Source: Planctomycetota bacterium (lineage in GTDB: Bacteria; Planctomycetota; Phycisphaerae; UBA1845; PWPN01). Taken from it: a stretch of 64,000 nt of DNA. The notes beneath the pieces were generated by a model, which worked only from the letters and a program-made list of their open reading frames with translations, was not told the origin of the DNA and made no database searches. Positions within the stretch are counted from its first letter, which is position 1; the number at the start of each line of letters is the position of its first letter. The DNA is taken from contig JAKLEZ010000011.1 of assembly GCA_022711465.1 (NCBI GenBank), positions 1-64,000 of the forward strand. The letters run 5' to 3'. This document shows positions 27,141 to 37,496 of the stretch, one piece after another. The position numbers and the translations under genes were made by a program.

Positions 27141-30100
27141 CCCCCTTCATCGCGTCCAGGGCGGCCGGCTTCCTGAAGGACTGGAGAACGCGCATCGGCT
27201 GTGTCGAAACCTCGAACCGGCAGAATGGAGCGAAGTCGCAGAACCGGCAGGGCCGCTGCCGACGCAGCCAGTAAGGATGGACCTCGATCCGGCCGTCGAG
27301 GAGATCGTCGGCCAGTTCGCCCATGCGTCTTCCGACGTGGCTGAGCACCTTCTCCATTCCGTCCGGCTCGACCAGATCCGAGCTCGCGTAGGGCCGGCCC
27401 TCGCCGGTCAACTGGGCGGCGAGAAACCCGGATTCTCGATTCGCTCTGGCCGTGCCGTCAAGGCTGTCCAGCCCGTTCACGTCCGCGATTCCGCGCCACA
27501 GGTAGCGAACCGCCTTCTCCTCGCTGGGATGCTTGACGCTCTGGTAGCCTTCCAGGAGCGGAAGGTAGAAGGCGGCGGCCGGTTGAATCGGTCGGCCGGC
27601 CAGCGAATGGCCCCGCTGACGCAGGACGAGCAGGTAGCCGACCAGCTGCAGGGCCAGGCCGTGGTACACGTCGGTCAGATCGAGCTTCTTGTACCGCGCG
27701 TCGGTTGTCTTGTAGTCGACCACCAGCCCAAGGAGCACGTCGCCCAGGTCGGCGAGGTCCACCCGGTCAATCCGTCCACGAAGCTGGATCTCTCGGCCCT
27801 TGGGCGTCCGGAGGATCAGGGCGTCCTTCGCCCCCTGGTAGCCAAAGGACAACTCAACCCTCCACGGACGGAACCGGCCCACCTTGGCAAAGTCTCGCTG
27901 CCAGCGAGTCACTCGAGCCATGTACCCGCGATGTCGCCCGGCCAGGAACGCGTGCCGGGCGGCTTCGAGCATCATCTGATCGGCCAGAACCGGCTCGACC
28001 TTGTTCGCTGCGGCCGTGATCCCTTCCTCGATGTCCGCGTCCTCGAGATCCGCCAGATCGGTACCGCTCTTCGCCAGAAGCCCGATGAACTCCTCCATGA
28101 TCGCGTGGCAGTAGACGCCGACGTCCACCTGGGCGAGCTCCGCCTCCGCCCGCGAATCGAGCCGCAGGAAGTACCGGGCGTAGTGGGCGAACGGACACGC
28201 GGCGTAAAGCTCCAGTTCGCTGACGCTGCCCACAAACGGCGTTCGCACCGCCCGCTGAACCATGCCGGCGCGGAGCCTGGCGTCGTTGCGGTATCCCAGG
28301 CCGGCCAACTGCTGCCGAAGGGTGACCGACCACTCCGGCCGGTTCCTGGCCGCCTCGTAGAGCGCGTTCCACTCCCGGCGGCGAGCCTCGTCCGCCTCCT
28401 GGACCCGCGGGACGCGGTAGCGGAACTCGACCGCCAGGCGCCCGCCCAGTTCTCTGACCTGAGTCAGGGCCTGGACCGAACGGTCCATCCGCGGATCGCC
28501 GATCTTCTCGACCTCCAAGCCCGGCACCGCTTTCAGAATCGACTCGAGGAACGGCGACGGCTGCACCGGCGAGCCATCGGCATCGGCTCGGGGATAGCTG
28601 ATCCAGAGGTATTCACTGGCTCGGGTCAGGGCAATGTAGGCCAGCATGCGCTCATCGCGCATCTGCCGGCGCCGCGAAAACCCGACCTCCACCCCGGCCT
28701 TCTCCAGCGACTCACGCTCCGCATCGCCGAGCAGCGGATCCTCCGACCGGCGCCGCGGGAAGTGAACCCGATCGAAGCCCAGCAGAATCGTGGCCCGCAT
28801 CGACGGGTGGCGGCTTCGCTCGATCGCCCCGACCAGAACCTGGTCGAGCGTCGGCGGGGCCAGACCGATATCGAACTCGGCCAGACCGGCCTCGATCGCT
28901 TCGCGAACCTCGCCGATCCGCATCCGCTCGCTGCCCAGCGCCTTGACATACTCATCGAGCAACTCGACGAAATCGGCCCACACCTGGCGGTGCATCTGGG
29001 CTTCGTCGGCATCCCCGGCCGCTTGCGCCCGGTCCGCCCAGCCGTGCAGCGCCTCGGCCGCCTTCATCGCGTCCAACCGCTCGAACAGGACAGCCGCCCA
29101 CACACGGCCATCGAGCTCTTTTCCGGTTGCGGCCACATCCAGCCACGGCCCGACCAACGCCAGCCAGCAGCGTCGCAGACCATTGATTCGCTCGATCGTC
29201 GCCCGCTCCAGATCACCAAGCCGGCCCTGCTCGTCCTTGTGCTTGAACATCCGCGTGCCCGTCCAGGTTTCGCTCCAGGACGCTCGGCCGTTGATCCCCT
29301 GGGCCAGTAGATAGTTCTCGAGCAGATCGGCATCGTCCGGCGATATGGGCAGCAAGCCGGTCTTGAGCGTCAGACGAATGGAATCGAGCCGACAATGGTC
29401 GGTGGCCACGGCCAGCAGGGCGCGGACCAGTTCGATCAGCGGATGGTAAGTCGTCGGGCGACGGCGATCGATGAAGCAGGGAATGCCCTGAGCCCGCAGG
29501 GCCGCCGAGAGCAGATCGTGGTACGGCCCCATGTCTCGCACGATGACGGCCACGTCGCGGTAACGCATCGGCGGAACGGCCGCACGCGTCAGCCGCTGGA
29601 TCTCGGCGACCGCCGCCTCAACTTCGGACCGGCGATCGGGCAGCTCCAGCACCCGGATCGCGCCGGTCGAGGACCACCCCGCTTCCGCCCGCGAACCCTC
29701 CAGACACAGGCACTCCTCCAGCCGAGCCAGTTCCGGAACCCGGAAGCGCGGGGGCCGTTCGTCGGACAGCCGCACAGGCTCATCGACGGCCACACCCGCC
29801 TCGCGGAACCGTTTCCGCAGCCGGACCATCGTCCGCTCCGTCCGGGCGAACAGCGAGGCGGTCATGCCCGGCAGGCTGTCCGACTGCACCGCCGACGCGG
29901 CCGGGTTCACCAGCAGGGCAATCTCCATGGCCGCCACCCGCCTGGCGAGCTCGACGAGAACGGTCACCTCCTGGCCGGTGAAGCCCGCGAAACCGTCTAC
30001 CCACACCTCGGCCCCGTCGAGCCAGGTGCACTGGGGAAGCCGCTCGGCGGCGAGATTCAGGTACTGGGCCGGGTCCATCCGGTCACCCTGAAGGTAAGCA

Positions 30101-30633
30101 AGGTAGGCCTGGTAGAGCCGGGCCAGATCGCCCAGCTTGGCCGCACCCAACGGGTTCTCTCGCTCGAAGCCTTCCGCCAGTTGAGTCAGCGCCGAAGGCT
30201 CGACCTGTTCGCGCATCAACTCGTCGATCGCGGCGGCCACTTGGCGGACCAGGCCGGACTTGTCCGCTACCCGATCGAGAAGCCGCAGCCGGGCTCGCTC
30301 GCGATGAATCAACCGGCGAATGGCCATCTGGCGCCCCAGCCGGCCGATGGTCCGATCGCCGCATCGCGGGTCGGCCCCGGTCTCGGCGAAGATGCGGTAG
30401 GCCAAACGTTGAAAGCTCAGAACCTCGCAGCGGGTGAAGCCAGGCAGGTCGGGCGTCTCGATCAGGCCCCGCTCCATCTGGAAGCTGGCCTGCTCCGGCA
30501 CCAGCAGCAGCAACCGGTTCCCTTCTGCCGCATCCGCGCGCAGCCGCTCCCGTACGGCCTCCAGACACCGCCAAGTCTTGCCCGAGCCTGCTCTGCCCAC
30601 CACGAACCGAACCGACATGCGCGCCGCTCCCAC
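27121..30633 (-). CDS. addB: helicase-nuclease subunit AddB (C-terminal nuclease with Fe-S cluster)
   Basis: N-terminal Walker A VVGRAGSGKTW. C-terminal 4-Cys pattern (CPFAHYARYFL ... CRFCDFAPFC). Overlaps addA by 20 nt. Confidence 0.85.
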   Translation of the reverse strand: MGAARMSVRFVVGRAGSGKTWRCLEAVRERLRADAAEGNRLLLLVPEQASFQMERGLIETPDLPGFTRCEVLSFQRLAYRIFAETGADPRCGDRTIGRLGRQMAIRRLIHRERARLRLLDRVADKSGLVRQVAAAIDELMREQVEPSALTQLAEGFERENPLGAAKLGDLARLYQAYLAYLQGDRMDPAQYLNLAAERLPQCTWLDGAEVWVDGFAGFTGQEVTVLVELARRVAAMEIALLVNPAASAVQSDSLPGMTASLFARTERTMVRLRKRFREAGVAVDEPVRLSDERPPRFRVPELARLEECLCLEGSRAEAGWSSTGAIRVLELPDRRSEVEAAVAEIQRLTRAAVPPMRYRDVAVIVRDMGPYHDLLSAALRAQGIPCFIDRRRPTTYHPLIELVRALLAVATDHCRLDSIRLTLKTGLLPISPDDADLLENYLLAQGINGRASWSETWTGTRMFKHKDEQGRLGDLERATIERINGLRRCWLALVGPWLDVAATGKELDGRVWAAVLFERLDAMKAAEALHGWADRAQAAGDADEAQMHRQVWADFVELLDEYVKALGSERMRIGEVREAIEAGLAEFDIGLAPPTLDQVLVGAIERSRHPSMRATILLGFDRVHFPRRRSEDPLLGDAERESLEKAGVEVGFSRRRQMRDERMLAYIALTRASEYLWISYPRADADGSPVQPSPFLESILKAVPGLEVEKIGDPRMDRSVQALTQVRELGGRLAVEFRYRVPRVQEADEARRREWNALYEAARNRPEWSVTLRQQLAGLGYRNDARLRAGMVQRAVRTPFVGSVSELELYAACPFAHYARYFLRLDSRAEAELAQVDVGVYCHAIMEEFIGLLAKSGTDLADLEDADIEEGITAAANKVEPVLADQMMLEAARHAFLAGRHRGYMARVTRWQRDFAKVGRFRPWRVELSFGYQGAKDALILRTPKGREIQLRGRIDRVDLADLGDVLLGLVVDYKTTDARYKKLDLTDVYHGLALQLVGYLLVLRQRGHSLAGRPIQPAAAFYLPLLEGYQSVKHPSEEKAVRYLWRGIADVNGLDSLDGTARANRESGFLAAQLTGEGRPYASSDLVEPDGMEKVLSHVGRRMGELADDLLDGRIEVHPYWLRRQRPCRFCDFAPFCRFEVSTQPMRVLQSFRKPAALDAMKGGGSHGS

Positions 30634-30759
30634 AGGATGGCGGCATCATACCTTGCGCATCAGACGCAAGCGAGCCGGGCATGACCTCCACTGACACAAG
30701 CCTCACCTTTCGCTAGAATACGACGGGCAACCAGCAGGAAACGAACCCGAGGAAACGGC

Positions 30760-31656
30760 ATGTCTCGAACTCCCGGCCGAAGCAGTTCGATTCGAAAGGG
30801 GCTCACGAGAGTGGAGATCGTGGCGTTCTTCGTCTTCACGGTGATCGTTCTTGCCCTGATCCCGCCGATCACGCTCCAGCGTAGCGGCAGGCTCGCGCCG
30901 CTCGCGGTGTGCGCGGCTAACCTGAAAGAACTGGGTAGGGGCATGCACAGCTACGCCGGCGAAAACGCGGGCGCATGGCCGATCGCCGCCCACGCCCCGG
31001 CCACCGAAAACGGCAAGTGCACCGTCACTTATGCCCCCGGCAAGATCGGCACACATCGAGGCCACCCGCAAGATCCAAAGGCGGGCGAAACCCAAATCAC
31101 CGACACGGAAATGTCCGTGACCCGCAGTCTGTGGACCCTGGTCCGACAAGGCATGAGCTCGCCCCCATCCTTCGTATGCCCGCTGACTTCCGACCACCCC
31201 GGCACCGACGAGAATCCTCAGGGCCTCTGGGACTTCGCCAGGTACAGCGAAATCAGCTACGGGCTGCAGGTCCCGTATGGCACGCACGGCCGGCCCGCAA
31301 CGACCCGCGACCCGCGAATGGCCTTGGCGGCGGACAAGGGACCGTTCGGTGCCGCTCTGGAAGCCGGGGCACGACAGCCTGGCCCTGTGAAGGCCGGAAC
31401 CGCGGCCGCACCAGGGGACTGGATGCCCTGGAACTCGCCGAACCACGGCGGCAAGAACCAGACCGTCCTCTACGCCGACGGACACATCGAGTCGCAGACA
31501 ACGCCCGTCGCCGGCTACATGAACGACAATATCTACACCCGCTGGTCGAACGCCACCGGCGGTCTCGGCGGCGACGAGCGGATCCGGGTGCAAGGCACGC
31601 CCCCGGCGGGCACCGAGGCGCCCTTCGGGAACACGGACACCTTGATCTATCCATGA
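30760..31656 (+). CDS. DUF1559 protein (prepilin-type N-terminal TM helix, H-X9-DG C-terminal domain), Planctomycete pseudopilin-like
   Basis: N-terminus GLTRVEIVAFFVFTVIVLALIPPI. C-terminal QTVLYADGHIESQT motif. Confidence 0.8.
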   Translation: MSRTPGRSSSIRKGLTRVEIVAFFVFTVIVLALIPPITLQRSGRLAPLAVCAANLKELGRGMHSYAGENAGAWPIAAHAPATENGKCTVTYAPGKIGTHRGHPQDPKAGETQITDTEMSVTRSLWTLVRQGMSSPPSFVCPLTSDHPGTDENPQGLWDFARYSEISYGLQVPYGTHGRPATTRDPRMALAADKGPFGAALEAGARQPGPVKAGTAAAPGDWMPWNSPNHGGKNQTVLYADGHIESQTTPVAGYMNDNIYTRWSNATGGLGGDERIRVQGTPPAGTEAPFGNTDTLIYP

Positions 31657-31702
31657 CGGCAGACCATCACCGCGAGGACCCCGCGACCGGGAGGGGCCGA
31701 TC

Positions 31703-32281
31703 TCACATCTTCAGGAAATTCGCCAGGAGGATGAAGCCTTCCTCGGTCAGAAAGCTCTCCGGGTGGAACTGCACGCCCTCGATGGGCATCGTCTTGTGGC
31801 GGACGGCCATGATCTCGCGGTCGGGGTTGTCGGTGGTGCGGGCGGTGACTTCGAGGACCTTGGGGCAGCTCTCCGGCTTGATGACCAGCGAGTGGTAGCG
31901 GGTCGCGGTGAACGGATTGCTCATCCCCCCGAAGATCGTCTTGCCGTCGTGGCGGATCTGGCTGGTCTTGCCGTGCATGAGACGGTCGGCGCGGACGATC
32001 TCGGCGCCGAAGGCACACCCGATGGACTGGTGGCCCAGGCAGACACCGAGGATTGGCATCTTGCCGGCGAAGCGCTTGATCGCCTCGACGCTGATGCCGG
32101 CCTCCTTGGGGGTGCACGGGCCCGGCGAGATGATGAGATGGTCGGGCTTGTCAGACTCGATCTGGTCGAGGGTCACCTGGTCGTTGCGATAGACCTTCAT
32201 CGCCCGGGTGCGGTCGATCTCGCCGATCCGCTGGACGAGGTTGTAGGTGAACGAATCGTAGTTGTCAATGAGCACGATCAT
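31703..32281 (-). CDS. glutamine amidotransferase, anthranilate/aminodeoxychorismate synthase component II (TrpG/PabA type)
   Basis: [17 protein letters not shown], catalytic GVCLGHQ and the HPES triad. 192 aa. Confidence 0.85.
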   Translation of the reverse strand: MIVLIDNYDSFTYNLVQRIGEIDRTRAMKVYRNDQVTLDQIESDKPDHLIISPGPCTPKEAGISVEAIKRFAGKMPILGVCLGHQSIGCAFGAEIVRADRLMHGKTSQIRHDGKTIFGGMSNPFTATRYHSLVIKPESCPKVLEVTARTTDNPDREIMAVRHKTMPIEGVQFHPESFLTEEGFILLANFLKM

Positions 32282-33462
32282 GCGGGCTTGCCCTCCAGGC
32301 GGGCCTGGGCGGCGGCCATGTGCTCGGCGGTCGGGGCCCGGCCGGTGTTCATCATGTCGGCGAAGCAGTCGAACAGGTAGATCGCATCGTGCGGGCCGGG
32401 GCTTGCCTCGGGGTGATACTGCACCGAGAAGATCGGCAGATCCTCGTGGCTGAAGCCCTCCAGCGTCCGATCGTTGAGGTTCTCGTGCGTGGGCACGCCG
32501 CCGACCTTGAGCAGGGTGGCCGTATCCACCGCGAACCCGTGGTTCTGAGAGGTGATCTCCACCCGGCGGGTAGCCAGGTTGATGACCGGCTGGTTGCCGC
32601 CGCGGTGGCCGAACTTCAGCTTGTAGGTGCGAGCCCCGAGGGCCAGGGCCAGCAACTGGTGTCCCAGGCAGATGCCGAAGATCGGCACCTGGCCGATGAG
32701 CCCCTTGAGGGCGCCGATGGCGTACGCAAGCGGCTCGGGATCGCCGGGGCCGTTGCTGACGAAGACACCCGTCGGGCGATAAGCCAGGATATCCTGGGCG
32801 CTGGAGGTGGGAGGCACCACGGTCACCTCGCAGCCGGTCTCAACCAGGTTGCGCAGGATGTTGAGCTTCATGCCGCAATCCATGGCCACGACCCGGAATC
32901 GCCCGGCGGGCTTGCGGTGGGCCATGGCGAACGGACTCTCGTAGCCCCCGGTCCAGGGAAACGGCTTCTCGGGCATGACCCGCTTGACCATGTCTTCGCC
33001 GACCAAACCGATCCATGCCCTCGCCCGCTCGACGAGGACGGCATCGTCCAGGATCTCGGTCGAGATCGCACCCCTGAGCGCACCCTGGATCCGCAGCTTG
33101 CGGGTGATCGCCCGGGTATCCACGCCCTGGAGGCCGACCACGCCATGCCGCTGGAGGTATTCGTCGAGTGACAGGGTCGCCCGGAAGTTGCTGCTCCGCC
33201 GGGCCAGTTCCTTGATCACGAAGCCCTCGACCGCCGGCCCGCGCGACTCGCTGTCCTCCTCGCTCACGCCGTAGTTGCCGATCAGTGGGTAGGTCATGGT
33301 GACGATCTGGCCGGTGTAGGAGGGGTCGGTGAGGATCTCCTGGTAGCCGGCCATCGAGGTGTTGAAACAGACCTCGCCCACGTGCGTGCCTGAGCCCCCG
33401 AAGGCACCGCCCGTGAAAACGGTTCCGTCTTCAAGGGCCAGTTTGCAGACGCGAGTTCCCAT
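32278..33462 (-). CDS. carA: carbamoyl-phosphate synthase small subunit
   Basis: CarA N-domain ([15 protein letters not shown]) plus GATase domain ([12 protein letters not shown]). 394 aa. Overlaps the downstream GATase gene by 4 nt. Confidence 0.9.
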   Translation of the reverse strand: MGTRVCKLALEDGTVFTGGAFGGSGTHVGEVCFNTSMAGYQEILTDPSYTGQIVTMTYPLIGNYGVSEEDSESRGPAVEGFVIKELARRSSNFRATLSLDEYLQRHGVVGLQGVDTRAITRKLRIQGALRGAISTEILDDAVLVERARAWIGLVGEDMVKRVMPEKPFPWTGGYESPFAMAHRKPAGRFRVVAMDCGMKLNILRNLVETGCEVTVVPPTSSAQDILAYRPTGVFVSNGPGDPEPLAYAIGALKGLIGQVPIFGICLGHQLLALALGARTYKLKFGHRGGNQPVINLATRRVEITSQNHGFAVDTATLLKVGGVPTHENLNDRTLEGFSHEDLPIFSVQYHPEASPGPHDAIYLFDCFADMMNTGRAPTAEHMAAAQARLEGKPA

Positions 33463-33579
33463 GCAACACTCCAGCTGGATGTCGGCCGCCAGACGTCGGC
33501 CGCCGGCAATCAGTCGTCATCGATCAGCTCAGGACCGTAGATTAACGGAGACCGGGCAGAGAGGAAAGCGCGATGGCCG

Positions 33580-34329
33580 TCAAGGCGTGACGCCCTCGAA
33601 CAGGACCCGGCCAACGCGGACCATCGTGGCCCCTTCCTCGACGGCAATCTCGAAGTCGTTGCTCATACCCATGGACAACTCGCGACAGTCGGACGCAACA
33701 AGCCTCTCGCAGCGCAGGTCATCCAGCAGCTCGCGCAGCCGGGCAAAGTGCGGTCGGGTCTCTTCAGAATCGTCCACCAGCGGAGCCATGGTCATCAGGC
33801 CGGTGATGCGGATCCCGGGCAGGGCCCGGAGCAGTTCAACACAGTGCGAAACGGCCCCAACCGCCATCCCACCCTTGCTCTTCTCGCCGGAGACATTGAT
33901 CTCAATGAGCAGGGGTATGACCTTGCCGATCTTGACCGCCTCGGCGCTGATCTCCTCGGCCAAGCGAAGACTGTCCAGCGAGTGAATGCAGTCGGTCCAG
34001 GGCAGCAGCGCCCGAACCTTGTTCCGCTGCAGGTGGCCGATCATGTGCCATTGCGGCTCGGCCGGTGTCCCAGGCCCTTCCATCCGGCGCCGTCTGGCCA
34101 GATGCTCGCGGACCATGCTGGCTCGCTTAATGAGTTCCTGGACCCGGTTCTCGCCAAGATCGGCGAGCCCCATCTCGATGGCCGTGCGAATGATGTCGAT
34201 CTCGACCATCTTGGTCACGGCGATCAGGCGCACGTCCTCAAACCGCCGGCCTTTGCGCTCGCAGGCACCGCGTATCCGATCATGCAGACGTTTGAGGTTC
34301 TCGGCCAGCTTGCGGCGTATCGTGTTCAT
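33580..34329 (-). CDS. yggS: YggS-family pyridoxal-phosphate homeostasis protein
   Basis: [34 protein letters not shown]. Start set at internal [12 protein letters not shown]. Confidence 0.85.
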   Translation of the reverse strand: MNTIRRKLAENLKRLHDRIRGACERKGRRFEDVRLIAVTKMVEIDIIRTAIEMGLADLGENRVQELIKRASMVREHLARRRRMEGPGTPAEPQWHMIGHLQRNKVRALLPWTDCIHSLDSLRLAEEISAEAVKIGKVIPLLIEINVSGEKSKGGMAVGAVSHCVELLRALPGIRITGLMTMAPLVDDSEETRPHFARLRELLDDLRCERLVASDCRELSMGMSNDFEIAVEEGATMVRVGRVLFEGVTP

Positions 34330-34467
34330 CAGTACCCCTGTTCCCCGCAGGAGTATCAGGGCAAACTCCCCGACAATCAACTCGACTCCAAGACGCTTGC
34401 CCCACATGGTTGCTCGGAAGCGGCGATCTCGTCAAGATACCCACCGTCGACGCGAAGGCGAGGAGGC

Positions 34468-35160
34468 ATGCTGGGAATCGAAGACATCATCGTGGCCGCG
34501 CCGGGCATGGGGGAGAAGATCTCGTTCCCGACCCTGTTTGGCGATGACCATCCCGTGGAGATGGAGATTGGCACGGGCAAAGGCGGCTTTCTGCTGCGCC
34601 GGGCACAGGCGTATCCCGATCGGCGGTTCTTCGGAATCGAGTGGGCCAACAAGGTCTGTCGTTACGTGGCCGATCGAATGGTCCGTCACGGCGTCACCAA
34701 CGTCCGGCTGATGCGGACGGATGCCCGTCACCTGGTGATTCACCAGATCCCGCCCGAGTGTGTGACCATCGTCCACATCTACCATCCCGATCCCTGGCCC
34801 AAGAAACGACACCACAAGCGGCGGCTGATTCAGCCGCCGTTTCTGGCGGCCGTCGTCGAAATCCTCGTTCCTGGCGGGCGGGTGGCGATCCAGACCGACC
34901 ACGCCGAGTACTTCGAGCAGATTCGCGCGGTCGCCCGCGGCGAGCCTCGACTGGAGGAGGTGGCGTTTGACGTACCCGAGGCGGGCGTGGTCGAGGGGCG
35001 GGTGCAGACCAACTTCGAGATCAAGTACCTTCGGGAGGGACGAGCCATGTATCAGATGGCCCTTCGCAAGAAGACGCGGTCGGCGACATCCGGCGAGGGA
35101 TCGTCGCACGCCCCAGTCCGCGGGACGGTGGCGCCGAGCCCGGACGCCAAGTCGATGTAA
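34468..35160 (+). CDS. trmB: tRNA (guanine46-N7)-methyltransferase
   Basis: EMEIGTGKGGFLL SAM-binding motif and the overall TrmB layout. 230 aa. GAAGG/AGGAGG SD region upstream. Confidence 0.85.
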   Translation: MLGIEDIIVAAPGMGEKISFPTLFGDDHPVEMEIGTGKGGFLLRRAQAYPDRRFFGIEWANKVCRYVADRMVRHGVTNVRLMRTDARHLVIHQIPPECVTIVHIYHPDPWPKKRHHKRRLIQPPFLAAVVEILVPGGRVAIQTDHAEYFEQIRAVARGEPRLEEVAFDVPEAGVVEGRVQTNFEIKYLREGRAMYQMALRKKTRSATSGEGSSHAPVRGTVAPSPDAKSM

Positions 35161-35203
35161 CCGTCACATGCAGCCTCGCACGCCAACTGACAGGGAGAAT
35201 CAC

Positions 35204-37249
35204 ATGAGCCCTTCTCGTCCTGCCGTGACCGTCGTCGTGTTGCCGCTGCTCTTTTGCGGCGAGTTGTCCTCCCAGGCACATCCAGAGACGGCCAACAAAC
35301 ATCCGCCGCAGACTGACGACATGGACTGGGGCCAGCCAAGAGTCAGCGTAACCAAGACGAATGACGTATGGACGATCGCCGGGTTCAAGAACACGCTGGC
35401 GCTCAACACGGCCGACATGGCCGTGAACATCACGAGCGATGACATCACGTGGAGACTGGAGCCCTCCGGACCCGACGACATTGTGGTCCAGTCTCCGGGT
35501 TCGGCTGAGCTCAACCTCAAACTGACCCAGGCAGGGGATACCGTCATACTGCCCTACAAGACGGGCTTCATGACCGGACTGGTCATCAAGCTGAGCGAAT
35601 TCAAGGATGCCGCGCAAACGCTCGACCTGACCGTACAGCTGTTCGTCTGCATGGAGGCGAACACCGAGGACATCCTCTTCGACATCGTGCCGATCGAACG
35701 AACGACGGTGCTCAAGAGGTGTTGCTGGCCCAAGGCGTTCGTCGGGGAGGACGTGGATTGCACGGTGATACCGGCCATGCAGGGGATGCTACTGCCGAGA
35801 AACTGGGATAGGCAAGTCACTCTCTGGGGCAGCTTCTGCTATGACCGTTGCCTGTACATGCCGTGGTGGGGGCACTCCAAAGGGGAACGATCGGCGATCT
35901 TGATCGTCGAAACCCCGGATGATGCCGCCTGCAAGTTCGCCCATCCCGCGTGCGGCCCAACGAGGATGGCGCTGGAATGGCATCACAGCCTCGGGCAATT
36001 CCGCTACCCGAGAAGAGCCAGGCTTGCCTTCCTGAAGGGCAATTACGTTCAGATGGCCAAGAGGTACAGGCAACATGCGATCATGAAGGGCGACTTCATC
36101 TCCCTCAAGGAGAAGATCGCTCGGAATCCGGCGATTGAGAGGCTCATCGGGAGCCCGGTGGCCCACATCGGAGCACTGCGCCATCATGAGCCGGGATCCA
36201 AGGCGTACGACCAGGAGGATCCAGGGAAGAACCACTCCTACACGAAGTTCTCCACTCACGTGGAGCAATTGAACGGCGTTTCGGCAAAAGGAGTTAAAAA
36301 GCTCTATATTCACTTGGATGGGTGGGGGTTTCGGGGCTATGATAATCTCCACCCCGACTGTCTGCCTCCGAGCGAGGAATGCGGAGACTGGGAAGGGTTG
36401 AGGCAACTGGCCAATGCCTGCAGGGGGCACGGGTATATCTTCGCGTTGCACGACCAGTATCACGATTATTACGTAGACGCGAAATCGTTCCAGGAGAGGC
36501 ATGCCCGGCAGGAAGAAAGCGGTAAAAACCTCTACATGGCCCATTGGGCGGGCGGAAAACAGACCTGGATTTGTCCTCGGCTCTCACCGGGACACGTAAA
36601 GAAAAACTACGAGAAGATGAAGCAGATGGGCTTGAATGTCGGCGGGGCCTATCTCGATGTCTTCGCGATCATCCCGCCGCCCGAGTGCTACAGCGCCGAA
36701 CACCCCTCCACGAGGACGCAAACCCTCGAGTGCTGGGGAGATTGCTTCGACTACATCCGGACTCAGGTCGGAGTCGTGAGTTCGGAAGAGCCCACCTCGT
36801 GGGCTGTCAAGCACATCAGCCTCGTTCACCACGCCCCTCACTGGGTGGACCCGATCTTCGGAGACGGGCCCGCACATGGAATCCCCATCCCTCTGTTCAA
36901 TCTGGTCTACCACGATGCGCTGATCACGCCATGGTTCATGGGCAAGCGAGGAGATCCCCTCTTCGGGATCCCCAAAGAGCACAGCGGCTATCTCCTCGGG
37001 CTGCTCAACGGGGGCGTGCCCTACATGTCGGTGGACGACCCAAAGGAGCCGGAACTCGAGATGGCCCGGGTGATGTGCGCGTTGAACGGCCGGGTCGCCC
37101 TGCTGGAAATGACGGACCACGAGTTCCTTGACAGAAAGTACCGAAGGCAGAGGACGACCTTCGCGGACGGAACCACGGTCACCATCGACCCCGATGTCGA
37201 GACGTTTGAGGTCGTCCCGCGACTCCAATACGGAAAGGAGATCCGATAA
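35204..37249 (+). CDS. secreted protein, putative glycoside-hydrolase-like (TIM-barrel) enzyme of unidentified family
   Basis: Signal peptide MSPSRPAVTVVVLPLLFCGELSSQA with GGGAGA SD. Central region YIHLDGWGFRGYDNLHPDCLPP...GHGYIFALHDQYHDYY resembles GH-like catalytic cores. The family is not recognised by eye. Confidence 0.55.
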   Translation: MSPSRPAVTVVVLPLLFCGELSSQAHPETANKHPPQTDDMDWGQPRVSVTKTNDVWTIAGFKNTLALNTADMAVNITSDDITWRLEPSGPDDIVVQSPGSAELNLKLTQAGDTVILPYKTGFMTGLVIKLSEFKDAAQTLDLTVQLFVCMEANTEDILFDIVPIERTTVLKRCCWPKAFVGEDVDCTVIPAMQGMLLPRNWDRQVTLWGSFCYDRCLYMPWWGHSKGERSAILIVETPDDAACKFAHPACGPTRMALEWHHSLGQFRYPRRARLAFLKGNYVQMAKRYRQHAIMKGDFISLKEKIARNPAIERLIGSPVAHIGALRHHEPGSKAYDQEDPGKNHSYTKFSTHVEQLNGVSAKGVKKLYIHLDGWGFRGYDNLHPDCLPPSEECGDWEGLRQLANACRGHGYIFALHDQYHDYYVDAKSFQERHARQEESGKNLYMAHWAGGKQTWICPRLSPGHVKKNYEKMKQMGLNVGGAYLDVFAIIPPPECYSAEHPSTRTQTLECWGDCFDYIRTQVGVVSSEEPTSWAVKHISLVHHAPHWVDPIFGDGPAHGIPIPLFNLVYHDALITPWFMGKRGDPLFGIPKEHSGYLLGLLNGGVPYMSVDDPKEPELEMARVMCALNGRVALLEMTDHEFLDRKYRRQRTTFADGTTVTIDPDVETFEVVPRLQYGKEIR

Positions 37250-37496
37250 CGGTTTGAAGACCGACTGACGAGGTCTTCGCGCCTCGACGGAAATCCTGCT
37301 GTGTCGCGGCCGATGGAGGATTGAGACTCGGGGAAAGAACAAAGGGGCAAGAGCCATTGAGTCGTCCCCTCACCGCGCCCATGATACACCCTCGGAGCCC
37401 ACGGCTGCCCTCTCCGCGTCTTGGCGCCTCGGCGGTTCAATTCGATTCCTTCCCGTCTGTTGCTGAGAAACCGCTGGAAGCCATTCGCATCACTCA

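Noticed and set aside
27277-29310. 677-aa plus-strand ORF inside addB
   Set aside because: Antisense to addB, low-complexity Arg/Pro/Gly-rich sequence. addB has Walker A and a C-terminal Fe-S Cys cluster in the opposite frame.
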